Notes under the pieces: generated by a model | What the model was told of the DNA's origin: nothing | The model's input: the letters and a program-made list of their open reading frames with translations, nothing else | Database searches by the model: none | In this document: piece after piece, positions 49,890 to 63,684 of the stretch | How the letters are laid out: each line of letters opens with the position of its first letter | Position numbering within the stretch: position 1 is the first letter of the stretch | Made by a program: the position numbers and the translations under genes | Source of the DNA: Tubulanus polymorphus | Lineage: Eukaryota; Animalia; Nemertea | Assembly (NCBI RefSeq): GCF_964204645.1 | Contig: NC_134031.1 | Location: 5,828,001-5,892,000, forward strand | Length of the DNA stretch: 64,000 bases | Direction of reading: 5' to 3'

Positions 49890-51234
49890 TGGTTTTTGTC
49901 CTTCTTGTGTAGTTTGGAGAGATGTCATAAGTATTTCTTTAAAAGCGTGATATGTGTGTACCTACAAAAACTCCTTGAAAATTATTTTTGGTTTTTCGAC
50001 CATCTTCTGGTCACATTGTAATAATGTAACATGTACTGTAACGCAGAATTATTTATGTTCAAATCTTTTTTGGTAAACTATGGCGCAAAATAAACTTTGA
50101 AAGCGGCAATTGTTGCCCATTCATATGTTTAACATGACGATTATACATAATTTAGCAGTTATTAATAGCTAGATACGAATATATGGTGAATATTTAGAAT
50201 TTGCTTAAGAACCGACAAAATAAGGGAATCTCTCGGAGATTTTTTTTTCTTATTTGCAAAAGCATCGACCGGCACACAGGTGTTGGGGAGGAATAGACTT
50301 GGCGAGGAATGTTGATATGAGTATCATTATAGTTTACAATGATTGGAGAAGAGCCACTTAAATGACGCTGATCAGGAGTTCCTTCAATTCTGAACAATAC
50401 ACTAGACACCTGACAATAACGTCTATGAGATCACGTTAAAGTCGTTTTTTCAAACCCTCGAATACATCTCAAAAAGCGCATCTGCCTTTTGACTGACGAA
50501 TAAAAACGCAAATGCACTCAAGTGTCTCTTGTTTCACTGTTAAGTACATATTTCATCATCAAAGAGTCTGTTCAGTTTTTCTGTCGTCAAATTTCATTAT
50601 TTTCTCAGGGAAAGAAAATGCGATTTCTAAAACGTACATTATACATACGTTCATCAAAGGATGGATCATGTTTTCTTGGTTGACTCCATCGGTATAGGAC
50701 TGGTTGCGAAAGGTAACGCATTGCTGGTGAGGCGTGTGGTGTCGAATTTTGGTGTCGAATTTTGTTAGCTATAAAATCTAAAAGGGTGGTACCTCCACAA
50801 TGGCGTTCACACGGGTATTTCAGTACAGTACTCTATCGGACGTTATCGTCTGAACACAGTCCCTACCCGGACCTCGCTTCATTGTTCCGTTATACCAAAG
50901 TGGGCCGAATTATGAAACATTTGAACTATTAGAATTATCTCTTTTTGGAAGAGCTGAATATTTAGTTAATATGCACATTCAAGCGCGTCACAGAATTTGA
51001 TCACCGTCACATAGCAAAAACTTCACGTTACTCCCATTTCATAACTGCATTCTTCTTTATTATAATTCAATAAACGTACTAACGACTCCTACATTCTTTA
51101 TTTCATTTCGTTCATCAACAAACATGCTGTTTCATCTGAATCGATTAAGTAACGAGGCTGTCTGCGAGTTGATCGCAAATGGTTTGTTCTATAACGGTCT
51201 ACGGTGACATGGATGATCTGTAGCTAGCAGACAG

Positions 51235-51372
51235 GGGCCGGTTCCATAGTCACGACTTAAGACCAAACGCTGTCGTAAATCTTAAGACTGGTCTTAAGTC
51301 GTTAGTTTGGCTATAGAATTAAGTTGGTCTTAGAACGGTCTTAAGTCTAAGCCCTGACAATGGAACCGGTCC
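51235..51372. mobile_element. Harbinger-like CTTAAG-rich MITE
   Basis: gggccggttcca...tggaaccggtcc; same internal sequence as 9095-9233. Confidence 0.88.
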
Positions 51373-53857
51373 CTGGAACCTTATTCACTAACGCCCCGCA
51401 ACGCACAATTTTCGTCGCAAATCCTCCCACAACTCAGCATGTGCGTTCAACAGTTGTGAGTTGGGGTTAACTCCGAGTTGAAATTGATTCATTTCTAATG
51501 AGTTAACTCAGATTCAAATCTGTACTGTGGAACTGGGTCCCGGATCCAGTGACACTGTCACAAATTAGAATTGACTCTGAGTTAAAATTACCGGCAGTTC
51601 ATTTTTAATGAGTTTACTCTTAACTCACAACTGTGGAACTGGGTCCTGGAGTTTTGAGTGATATATGAAATTATCAAATATTTAAAAAAAATTATTTTGC
51701 GTTTTTTTCAATTTTTTTCTGTGGAGCGTGCGGCTGCAGTCGGGGCCGTGTTTCAGATGGTACCTGGTATACTGAGCGTCAAAATTTATTTCGAAAAGCG
51801 CGATGAAGACCCAAATTTCTCATCCGGTTCCTAAGTCAGAGAGATGCGCGAGAATGTCCCTGTTATAACCAGCCAATGGTGAGCTAATATAGGGTATGAA
51901 ATAATTCAACGATGAAACGACAATCACCTGAGCCTCTAAGGGATTATCAGTGGGTTCGAGATTTTTCTTCAGATTAAGGGGAGGCCATAGGAGCCACCGA
52001 CCACTAAACTCTGCCGCTATACCACGATTCCTAAGTCCACAATCATTGTACATATTGACGTAAATGCACTGGATTCAATCAGGATTCGAGGCATGCTTTT
52101 CTTAAACTCCGGACACCGGGAAACGGGGCTTGATCGTTGATGAGTCTTCGAATGAAAAAAATGACGATTCTACCAAAACGATGAGTCTGAATTTGTCACC
52201 GATATTTACTGGCTGACGGCAGTGACTCAGGTACGGGACTCAGCGGCATTAAACTATCATCGACTAAAATAGATCGATGATGTCATCACGTATCGATTCC
52301 ACGGTGGACGAAAAACGACCGAACTAAATACTCACTCTCTTCCCTTCTCTCACTTTAGAAATAAATCATTTAGTAAAATTTCATTTAGAAAAATCATTCT
52401 ATTTTTATTATTATTATTATCATCGTTATCATTATTATTCATTATCTTTGCGATTACATCATATCAGACATTTTACACAACAGCGAAAAATTATAAATCA
52501 TATTGCACATTGAATAAAATGCTTTACATTTCTGGTGCCTTGGGGTATTACCCCAAGCTGTGACTTGGTTCAGAACGTACACATAATTCATTTAGCACAT
52601 TCAACCTGGAACCAACATCACAGAATGTGAAATATTTCAAGTTTAAGGAACGGTTATACGTTACAGTTCTATCGTCCTCTTATCATTTCAACCTTTTGAT
52701 ACCGAAATACCGATACATTTTTTTTTTTAAATAAATTTTTCGTTTTTTCTTTCGTTTTGCTCTTTTTCTAATTCGTATAGATTTCTTAGTTTTGTTTCGA
52801 AACGAAATAATTACCCTGAGAAATATGAATACTTCGTCGGGAAATTCGAAAAGCTCGAAAAACGACGCGCGAAAATTGTAGGAATTCCTACAAAAAAAAA
52901 ATTCCGGAAAAAGACCTTCCCGTCGTCTTCATCTATATATATATCTATACAAAGGGCAATCAAATCAGCGATCTCATTTTTAATCTTTTAATTCAATTCA
53001 TTTTAATGTATTTTATAGTTCAATTCATTTCATTCGCGACACATTGTATTGTATAATACCGACAAAAGAATAATAGAATCACAAGAAAACACATGAGGTA
53101 TATGATTGTTTATATGATACGTATTGATGTGCAAAAATCCAAACGCCGAAATACATTTCCATTACTGGTTTTTAGTAGAAAATATCAAATATAGCGGTGT
53201 TGAATTTCAACGAATTCTCGAAATCCGTGATCCTTTAAGAGATGGCACATGCCGTTTGGTGATGGGCATTGTTTAGAATAGAAACTGCAACGACAGTAAA
53301 CAGTTGAATAGGTAGCTTAGTTGGATTTTTGCACGATTTTGAGCCGATGATATAAAATGCCTTTCTAAATACGAACGAAACATCTTAGGTATCAATTGAT
53401 GAATAGAACAGTTCACAGCGATAACCGACTAGAAGATTGTTCCCTTTGCCCGTTCTGACTGTCTCCTCTGTCTACGTCACAAGACAACGAATTGAACATG
53501 ATTGAGTATAAAACCGGGCAGAGGGCGAAACATGTTAAAAAACGACATTCAAATACTGGTAAAACATGGATTGAAGATTGCACTAATATCACGTTTAATA
53601 AATGTTGTATCATGACAACAGTCAATTTCAGAGTTAATTAACAGTTGCAAATGGGTCCTGATTGAAATACATGTGACTAAAAATACCTGTATTTCCTGAC
53701 CGTTCTATTTATCACTATAAACCGAGTAATACAAGTATTCACTGGTTACAAAAGTGACCCAAGAAATTCGAACTCATAATCAGCGAATTATGATCATTGT
53801 ATATAGAAAATGCTATGTATCGGAAAACTTGCTTTTTCTATGATTACAAAATATTCA

Positions 53858-56800
53858 TCATACAGCTCTGTTAGCATCGAACGTCTCATCGGTGTAAAAT
53901 TCAAGGGAAGGTCTCGATTTCAACGCCGACGGAATGTATTGATCGACGTCCTCGACGAGTTCGGCCGGTGTAATGTCGGTGTAGTTTTTCCACGATTCGA
54001 TTTTTTCGAAGTTGTCGTAATTGATGCGACTATCGTCGCTGTTGGATTCGGTATCATCGGATATTATGTCACTAAAGCATATACTGTGCAGGTCGTCGCT
54101 GTCGTACGAGCAGCTGCTACATTCGTGGTCGGTTTCGCTCACTTCCAAGTGACAGGCGTCTATCGGTAGAACTGCGGCCGAATTTTCAGGCGATTTAGTG
54201 ACGTCATCGAAATCTCGGCCCACGTCGTCGAATTCGCGATCAATCGATACAGCGGAATGTTTATTGTTGTACTTTTCGTTTAAAATCACAGTTTCGTAAC
54301 TCGCCGTATCGACGGAATCGACGCTGCAACTTTCGGCGTCCGACGCGATGCCCGAATCCGTCGAAATTCCCACCGGACACGCGTTGTTGCCGTTTTCGTC
54401 AACCGACGGCGACCGGACGAACAGCGACTTATCCTCGAGAACGTATCCGGGAATCGACATCACGACATTTTTCACGTCGTCATTCCGACCCGAGCAGAAC
54501 ATATCGATCGGACTTCGAAATTCGTCGAGTTCGTGTTGATCTATCATAGTCGAGCTATCGTTTTCTCGAAATACAGTCTGAACGCCGAAACGCGTTCGAA
54601 ACTTGCGATTACACTTTATAATCGCGATTACCGCGATAAACAAAACAACTATGACGCTACCTGTGCTGGCTACGATAATCCAAAGGATTGAATCTCCACG
54701 AGCTTCCGGCGAATTCATCGAATGCATTGAGAACGATCTCAACAAAATTCTTTTGTCTTCCATAGCCGCGGACACGGGCGGTTTCCGAGCTATATCCGCG
54801 TAAAATTGTCGAGCTTCGGTTTTCTCTGTTTCGGTTTCCTCTTGAGATAATGTTGGCTGATCGTTTGCAGGCGCCGGCTGTTTAAGTTCTGGTTCTTCGT
54901 TAAGATGGAATTGTCGGTCTATATCCCGAATATCGTCGATCGCGGATTGGTCAGTTTCGACAGGAAATAGGCATACCTGCAACGACAATGACTAATAGTT
55001 ATGCGTACGTAATTAGCACTTTTCCTTCCCATGCACGCTTGTCAACTTTCATTCAAACATTTAAGCGTACCGGTATAGATGATTTAAGTAATGGATTTCG
55101 CTGTACATGTACATCTAAACTTTTTTTTAAATATTTCTTTTCTAAATGTCAAATCACACCAGGACTATTGTGAAATGAAAAACGACTGGAGAGACTGAGT
55201 ACTGATTTAGATAAAAATTTGACCAAACTTGAAAGTTACACAGATCACGAAGGGTTCAATTTGTCTAATCAGATAACGAGTTATACGTCATCGGGATTTT
55301 AATTTGCGTTGGTCATCAGGCGCGAGCACACGAGAGCATATTAAACCCGGAACAACCGTTCACATCGGTGCCAAATGCTGGCCCCGTGCCACTTTGGCCC
55401 GAGCCTGTTTAGCCCGACAGTTGCACCAGATCCGAGCCAAATTTCGGCAGGGTCGAATCATTGCTTGTGAATTGCACAATTGGTGAAGTGACTCAATTTG
55501 CTTTGTTTGAGCTTTGAGCATTGTCTATATTGTCTATTATTAACGAGTGAGTGGGTTACGTGTGAACTGATAAGGCACGGGCCAAATAAATCGTCTCCTT
55601 GTGATCGTGGCTTTGACCTGCAACCAAATTAAATCTATATATGATAACTCTGTACCGCATTTATTTTTGTATTTGAATGTATTTATAATTGTTCAGTGCA
55701 AATTTTCTTTGTGAACTAAAAATGAAATGAAAAATGAAAGATTTAGAGGAATATGCTGCTTATGAACACATACAATTCAATTACCGCTTTTCATGTTATT
55801 CACAAAATGTCCCCTCCCAATGTCAGATGGAACTTTTTCCTGGATTTAACTCTACATCTTAAGCTTATGGAAATGAATTAGTCTTGCAAATGTCAAATTA
55901 CGTCGGGCGGGGTGATTGCGAAATCTAAACGATTCTGGAGATACAGGGTGATTTACATAACTATAGGGGGTAAGAGGGGCCACAGGGACACCATGCCCTC
56001 TTGGTGAATTACTTGCTGCAAATTTCAACCCCCTGGCGAAGAAATACAGAAACCAATGAGCATGATTGAAACGCACCAGTATTATAGAACATGTCAAGAG
56101 CTACAATTCCGGAATTGATTGTGGTTACAAAAAATTGCAAGGTACTTCAAAATAAAGAAAATAGACTGTCCCGTTCGTGATGATCACCAACTGCGTAAAA
56201 GTTAACAGTTTAAAAACACCGCAAAACGCCGATAGCCTATGTTAATAGTTGCTTTCCATAGTGCACCCAGGGAAGTGTAATGCGACATTATACTTCCCAC
56301 CCAACTCGAACTTCAATCAAAAATGGCAAACAGTTAGCACAGGTCTCGGAATTCAGGCCAAAATTTACTTTTTGGCACAATAGAGGTCACGGGATGGCTA
56401 TGTTGTGTCCGATTGACCCATTTTGCTCATGAAGAATAGTTTAAGTCCCAAGTGCGCTAAAAATTGAACCACACTCAATGCCGTCAGCACTCATGGATGT
56501 TAGGCAGCACAGATCGCGAATGGTCATCGCCTCCTCAATCAACTTGTCAAATAACAAGCAATATTGTCATCGGGATTTTGATTTTCGCTGGTCACAAGCC
56601 GTGTTCACTTATCCACTATTTAGACACCGTTCCAAATGGGTCCGTATACCTGGAACAGGTAAAATGCGGAACGGACCGAATCAGAATATGCGTTCACACA
56701 CATGCGTTGCTAAATTGGCTACACTGTTATTATCTCTAAAGGGTTTTGATTTGATTGTGTTTTTATTGTTCGTCATGGAAGTTCGTCTGCAACATAAACC

Positions 56801-57669
56801 CGGATGTTATTCACGGATGTTGAAAAAATGTTCATATTTTCATCGCATCCAAAAATTTCAGGTTCACAATTTTTTGTACGCCAGTTTGCTTTGGGTTTTC
56901 CGCTCACGTGCGCCCAGCGTGATTACCGGTACTTGAAGATTGCGAGCGCATTGTACGATTCCTTATCTTCCCTTTTCTTCGCATGCTTCTTTTGATCTTG
57001 AGTTCAATCTATGTTTTGATCGAGTTAGATGTAAGTATCCCACCGAAACTCGGTAGCGTTTGGGACTATAGATATTTCACCGTTTGATCTAATTACGAAT
57101 CGAGAGAATCAAGCAAATGGGATTTTCCAAATCGAATTTTTAGTAAAACCTTAATTTACACTAAGCGTTCATTGAGTCGAACGCCGATAATAGTCTAACA
57201 AGTACTCAATAGCCAGTATCACATGGGCAGATGAATCATCCCCGGGCCAAATTGGCACAGATCAGGCCCGATTCAAATTTGGCTCGCACCTTCATACATA
57301 GGCCTAAACTGATCACTCGATATTAAACAATACTTTAAAAAAGAGAAGCGAGTCACTCCCAGTACCAGTTACAATTCACACGCAATAATTTCACCTGTGC
57401 TAAATTTGGCTCGAGCCTGGTCCGAAGTTTACAGTCGGGCCATACGGGCACGGACCCATTTTGGCACCCGTGTGAACAGTGTTGTTCCTCGCTAAAAATC
57501 GTGTAATCGCGGCTATGAAGAATTTGGGAAAGAGCGTATCTAACGATTGATTCCAAACTGGGTTTAACTTTTTTGGAGTCAATGATTTCATTTTCCATAT
57601 ATACAACTAGATATTTTTACTCACCTGTACAAAAACGAGTGGCCAAATAAAAGCTTGAAGGAACTTCAT
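53858..57669 (-). CDS. Uncharacterised type I single-pass membrane protein, 2 coding exons, 387 aa
   Basis: Exon 57669-57625 (MKFLQAFIWPLVFVQ|gtgagt) joins in phase 0 to exon 54976-53858 (ttgcag|VCLFPVETD...), completing a signal peptide; ~95-aa ectodomain; TM ILWIIVASTGSVIVVLFIAVIAII followed by KCNRKFR; ~250-aa acidic Ser/Asp-rich tail. Confidence 0.85.
55318..55612. mobile_element. AGCCGCGATCAC-family MITE (intronic)
   Basis: Ends aggcgcgagcacac / gtgatcgtggct; internal blocks shared with 2064-2336 and 33988. Confidence 0.75.
57211..57514. mobile_element. AGCCGCGATCAC-family MITE (intronic)
   Basis: agccagtatcac ... gtaatcgcggct; aaatttggctcg repeats. Confidence 0.7.
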
Positions 57670-58696
57670 CGTGTATATAATGTATCAATATATTCCGTTT
57701 GTCTGATAAATTATTCTCGTCGCCGATTCGGGTCGGTTAAATACTATAGAATCAAACCGCTTGCATCGAAACCGATACCGATAGTATCATAATGACTCCT
57801 TGTCTCATTGTTCAATTTGGGAAAATACTGTATCTATTTTTAAGCCGAACGGTTTTTTTCGCCTGTTGAAATACCCCGTCAGTCCTCGAGTTGTTTACAC
57901 GCTATACTTGTACTATTCTCACCGAATCGTTCGCTTTTGTTTCCCGGATCGGAGACAGCAACAGATATTATGAAAAATCGTTCACACCCACGGCAGATGA
58001 ATCATCCTGCATACCGATACCGTTGACAGCACGCGGGATTATAATTCCCGAGGACCAGTTCCCGACCCGCGTCTATCTCTATACACCCGAAAGGTTTTCT
58101 CTAATGTCCTTGTGTGTTTTTTTTTCTCGATGTTTTCGTCAAAATGCCGCTACAAAATGAAGTGATCTCACGACGGCTCTATCTCAGCTGTTAGTAATAT
58201 TTCAGCCCTCCGCGTATATCGAGAAAGAATTTATGAGTCACCCCAATGTTCGGTATGGACGGTTCCGGGAATATCTGAGGAGCAAAGAATCGTATTTCCC
58301 GTGTGGAGCTGATATCCGTGTGTACCTCTGACAGATACATATATTTCGTCCCAATTTCAGAATAATAATATCTAAGTGATTGTTATAACATGTTGGACTA
58401 TTGATCTTAGACTTTCCCCTGCTACTATGAAATTGGAGCGCAGCCAGTTACGCGTACTGTCACACTGCGATCGATAGGGAAACCCCAAGTTTGACGTCAT
58501 AGATTCTCCGTGGCGGGAACAGCAAACAAGCGTAGCATGAGAACGGATGAAAAATTGTCTACTTACGGTACTACAAAGGAAGGCGTGTTGGACACACCTG
58601 TGTTTGCACAAAGGAAGGACAAAGATTCAAGTTGCACACAATATATACACATGTACTTGTAGACATCCATTGTACAATGAGACGGAAAAAAATGAG

Positions 58697-58768
58697 TTCC
58701 CACACCGGGAATCGAACCCGGGCCGCCTGGGTGAAAGCCAGGAATCCTAACCACTAGACCATATGGGA
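58697..58768 (-). tRNA. tRNA-Glu(TTC)
   Basis: TCCCATATGGTCTAGTGGTTAGGATTCCTGGCT-TTC-ACCCAGGCGGCCCGGGTTCGATTCCCGGTGTGGGAA; 72 nt, T7 terminator downstream. Confidence 0.97.
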
Positions 58769-59584
58769 AGCTACTTTACCTCCGCATACGACTAGTTATT
58801 AAAAGTTACGGAGGATCGAAACTGACAAGAAAACTAAGGTCGTCGAATAGGGCACTTAAGTTTTATTTTTACCCGGTAAATAGAATTTAAGACGGTAATT
58901 ACTTAAAAAATTCAAAACGGAGGGATGCATGAAGAAACCTATTAAGGATTATAAGATTTTCAGGCATGGCACACGCTCGGATAGCGGGCATGGAAATCTT
59001 TAAAAAAAACCATGATTAAATCCAATTATACGTATCTCACAATTACCCGGTACATGGACGCCCATGCTCTCATCCACTGAAGTCCTAAAATCAAATTCGT
59101 TAGTACCCAGTATAAAATCTATTGAAATCATTGCATATATAACTTCTTGTTATAATCAATAAATTTGCTTCACCTCTTATAGCGCTTAAAGAAAGATCGG
59201 AAATTTCTAATAATCCTTTTTGGGCTGTTTGATGCTGGTTAAGCCTCGGGGTTAAAAAAATAGGAAAAATTTTTCCAGGAATAAAAAATGGAACATCATG
59301 TAATTTGCAAAAGTTACTAAAGCAGATTTTATTCAAGGTCTGACTATGTGGAGAAAAAAAACGACAAAGAACACTAACCACTAACTAACGAAATGTGCAA
59401 TAAACAACCACAAAATACTTCAATCGAATCGTTGGTAGGCCTACTGTACTTAGCATTTTCATTCCATGCCAATACGAATGCCATGGTATGGCATACCAGG
59501 TTTAAAATTCATTTTTTTTAATGTCGCCTCATCATCATCCAGTGAGTTCCGTGTCGGCTCTTATTTCCCGCTTTTTCATATAGC

Positions 59585-59695
59585 TACTGCGCTTGCGTAC
59601 AAAACCAATCATCTACGCATGCGTAACGTTCGCGGCGTGAGAAGATTCTTGTGAAGGTCGCGTGGACCCGGAAATGTTTTTAAATTTCAACAGTA
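59585..59695 (+). promoter_or_regulatory. Putative promoter / non-coding first exon of the CCDC150-like gene
   Basis: NRF1-like tgcgcttgcgt and acgcatgcgt, CCAAT, ETS ccggaaat (59668-59675), donor-like gtaaga at 59693; acceptor tttcag at 60360 precedes the ATG. Confidence 0.5.
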
Positions 59696-60381
59696 AGAAA
59701 AATTAAATTTGTAAAATTTGGTTAGAATTTCTGCTGCTTGGAAGTCACAAAGAGGTTGCGTAAGTAAGAAAAAGGCCTAGAAATAATTGATATTACCAGC
59801 AGTACGGCAAAATAAAATCGAAACTTGTTGTTGATAGCTGGAAATGAAAAAAGATACATCCTAATACATCCTACAAACAAAAACATAAAGTTATAGTAAG
59901 CAAGCTAAAACTGTAGTTAGCACTGGTTTTTAGCAGCTACTCCTACTAGGTACCATCCGCAAGAAAAGAAGTAGGATCAACACTCAAATTTTAGAATACC
60001 CTGGTACTCGACTTCTAGATGAATTAGGCAGATGTTTTCTTTTGCAAATGTGTTGAATGTGGCATTCCTGTTAACGCTATTTATTTTTCTAAAAATAGCT
60101 CGTTAGGCTAATTTACACTGAGGTATACGACTGAGGTAGACGAAAATTCAAGGAAAGTGTGGAGAACATTGGCAAAATTATGTTTACAGGAATAATACCG
60201 CATTGGCTGGCAAAGTATCCACTTCCATGACCATATCATATATTATTACCTACAATGGCAGTTGATATGAAAGGCAGCCCCTCAAAATCCCAGCATCTTA
60301 TATAGAACATAGCCTAAGGGTGTAAAGCATCCTCGAATAAGATATATACTTCGTTTTCAGAGTCGGCTCTGCGAAAGTAAA

Positions 60382-63300
60382 ATGGCTGCGAATTTTGATG
60401 AACTGCAGACGTCAGGAAGACAAACTATTCCGCCTCTGCCCCCGACGCAGAAATACCCGACCGAAGAAACAATTACGGTGTTACAGAATCGCTTGAAAGG
60501 CGCCGAACACAGTGTCCGATCTTTGTCCGATCAACTCGAAGAAATCGGTTTTCCGATGCACGATGTTCCACAAAGCGAAATTCCTCAAAAGCTGAGCCCG
60601 ATCAAAAATAAACCGGTAGGCCTAAGAGTGAATTTTTTGTGTCATTTTAATGAAAGATCTAGGTCCAGTTTCTTGTAAGAGTCAAACTCAAATTTTTGGT
60701 TTAGGCCTAGTCACTTTTGGTGGAACTACTTCATATTTGCAATGAGTTCAGCAACAATGCAAAATTAACTTTTTTAAGCATTTAGTCTTTCATGAAACTC
60801 GACCTGGAACTATCGATTCAACAGTCATAGCCATGGTTATAAATAGTTGATACTATTTCCAGAAACCCATACTATCAATTTAAACAACTGTTATTTTTGT
60901 TGTCTTACGATACGGGCGGAATCCTTGTTACAATAGTCAGAGCCATCACCAGAGGGATGCTTTCAATGTCTCCTTTTCAAAATTAGCTCATTTTCATATG
61001 CGCATATCTATAGCACGGGTTTGTCTAGGAATCTATGAAGTCCTGTTTGTACACTTTTGGCAGTAGCAAACACTTGAAGACCTGCAAATTTGTAGATATG
61101 ATATCTTCTTACCCACCTGTTTCTGGATGTCCGTTCATCTCATTTTGATAAATTATATTGTGGTACTTCATCATTGGTCTACAGTTTATACGGATATGAG
61201 TGTTTTATTCGAGGCCTGTACCGTATTTTTTTAAGGTCGTATCACCGTTAAAAGCCCGTTTTGCGGACCGCGACGTTCTCGTAGAGAACTACGAGCAGCT
61301 CGTTTCGCGAACTTGTCGTCTGGAGAGCACGATCGCGACGATCAAGCTGAACTTCTGCCAGTTACAAGCCGAACGCGATCTGACGCGTAAAGAACGTATG
61401 TCGGTGAACGAGAAGATCACCGTCGCGCTCGATATCTACGAAAAAGAAATGCAGAAGTTGAAATCGGCGCTTGATCTGGCCGGCGTCACGAACAAAGATC
61501 TGTTCGAATCGCGTAATTCGATCGAAAGCGAAATGCTAACGATGAAAGCGGAATTGATGAATCTCAAAAATGAAAAGGTAGAATATTAAGTGAAATTTTT
61601 AGCTGTAGAACTGTATTTTAAACTTATCAGTAATGTTAAGCATTTATCTAGTAAGATTGTTCATTAACCCTTTCAGTGATGACTAATAAATACCGGAAAT
61701 TGCTGAAGATAGGCTAATTTGAAAATTTTAAAAAGATTCCCCCCAGTTTGTTGTTTAACGGGCGTACTCTTACTGCATCTACACTGCGGTGCAGTGTAGG
61801 TCTATTGTTCGTTACTAATATTTCACTATGTCTGACAGGTGCTGCCATCTTTCGATTGAGATTAAAACTAATTACTAATAAACATCAATACACCGCAATG
61901 CAAATGCGGTGTAGGCCTACTAGCAAGGTCCATCACGGATACAACACTCTGCGGTTTGACTCGTAAATGATTGTAATCTTCAAACTTTTAATAAAGATGT
62001 GATTAAAGATATTTATCTTTTAATAAAGATAATGAAGACTGTGAGCCTTAAGTCTCAGATAAACTTGTACTGAAATAAAGTTACATTGTAACAAATGTGT
62101 AACTAAAAATTTGTTACCTAGAAGTTAAGTTTTAACTTTGAAATCAATAAAAGGTGCTATTATTTGATTTATTTTCTTTAGGGGACGTTTGATGAACGAA
62201 TTGATAGTTTACAAAACGGAAAAGAGAAATTAACGCGACAGGTCTCGGCGTTGAAGGAACAATTGAACAACGAAGAGAAATTCAGAATATCTCTGGAAGA
62301 ATCTCAGAAATCTCTTCTGGAAAGAGTTCAAACCGTCGAAGAGGAACGCGATAAAATCAATAATGAGGTACGTTGAAAACGGCTAATTCGAATTTCGAAC
62401 TGATCTCGAAATGCTCACATGGGAGTTCATACGAGTTCTACAATATGAACTAACTCAAAGTAGGGCTTATTCGAAGGCACTTTATGTAAAAAAGGCTGCA
62501 AAAACAAAGGCATGATTTGGTCGAAGTCAGGGAAAGAGCTAGTCAAATAAAAAAGGCCGCCCTGTTCTGGAAAAGGATATTTTCCCAGTTAGACTGGCAC
62601 TTACTGACTGAACAGTAAAAAAAACCTCAGAGCTTGTCCCGGTATCCACTCCTGATAAGCTGTACTTATAGATTTCTATTGTTCATATGCAATATGGATT
62701 AGGATGATTTAAAATTCAATTATCGCAGTGTAAATAATTTGGAAAATGTGCTGATCGAGGGTTAGGTTTTTCAACCTGAAAATGGTGGTCAATGATAATA
62801 AGGTGTAGGAATTCTTCCTCTTTCGATCTAATAGTCATTTTGGTAGCGTCGTTTCTGTAATGTTGAAATGAATCATACACAGGTGATCTGTTTGAGAAAT
62901 GAATGTACCGGATTCAAGAAGGAGAGCATTATCGCCAACGAAACTACTAAACGTGAAGCGCAACTACGAGAAAAGGCCGAACAGACCATGGTCGAAATAC
63001 TGAAAGATGCTAGTATGTATTATTCATAGATCTTCAGCCTTTCCAAAAGTTGTTGGTTAACCCAAAAATGTGAAATATGATAGGGTTGCTTTTGGAAGCA
63101 TTGTTTTGAATCCCACAGTGACAACACACACTTTTACATACCTTAGTAATCTATAAATAATGGTAATCTAGTCTGGTGAAAAAAAATCGCAATTGTCAGC
63201 AATAATCTGACTTATTAACAGCAAAAAAATTCATTAGTATAATACTGTTATTCTAGTTATCAATAGGCTATCCGAACACTTGCTTTGAAAGCAGTCAGTT

Positions 63301-63684
63301 AAACCTAACCAAATGAATAACAATCCCTATTTCAAGGGTCAATCCCTATTTCAAGATCATAAACCATCATAGGGTTCGTACACCTGGATTTCATGGAAAT
63401 TTGGGGTTTTTAGGGGCTTTTCCTGGAAAACTCCTGAAATTTCAGGACCTCGGTCATCCGAATATTTTCTAGATGTTTTTGTGGTCAGTCTAATTAACTA
63501 TTGTTTATTAATTCTTGCCCTTTTTGTTGATTTTAAACTTTATCCAGCCGATAAAAATGAAGAACTGAACACGCTGCAAAATGATAACAGAATGTTACTA
63601 TCGGAAGTCACGAAAATGAAGGGACTTTATCAGGAACTGAATAAACAGTTGGAAGAAATGCAGACAACTTTAGAAGAAAAACAG
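60382..63684 (+). CDS. CCDC150: Coiled-coil domain-containing protein 150-like, 5' part (continues beyond window)
   Basis: Exons 60382-60615, 61236-61577, 62182-62367, 62883-63012, 63548-63684, GT-AG and in phase. ETITVLQNRL..AE..V.SL.DQL..IGF and ENYEQLVSRTCRLESTIATIKLNFCQLQAERDL match recalled CCDC150 motifs (ETFTVLQQRM..., [32 protein letters not shown]). Confidence 0.85.

Noticed and set aside
56464-57070. ORFs or extra exon within the membrane-protein intron
   Set aside because: Candidate minus-strand acceptors hit stops or break the signal peptide; + strand ORFs have no recognisable homology; the direct 57625->54976 splice is clean.
58547-58754. ORFs overlapping tRNA-Glu (likewise the tail of ORF 44013-44201 over tRNA-Leu)
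   Set aside because: Translations of tRNA sequence, not proteins.
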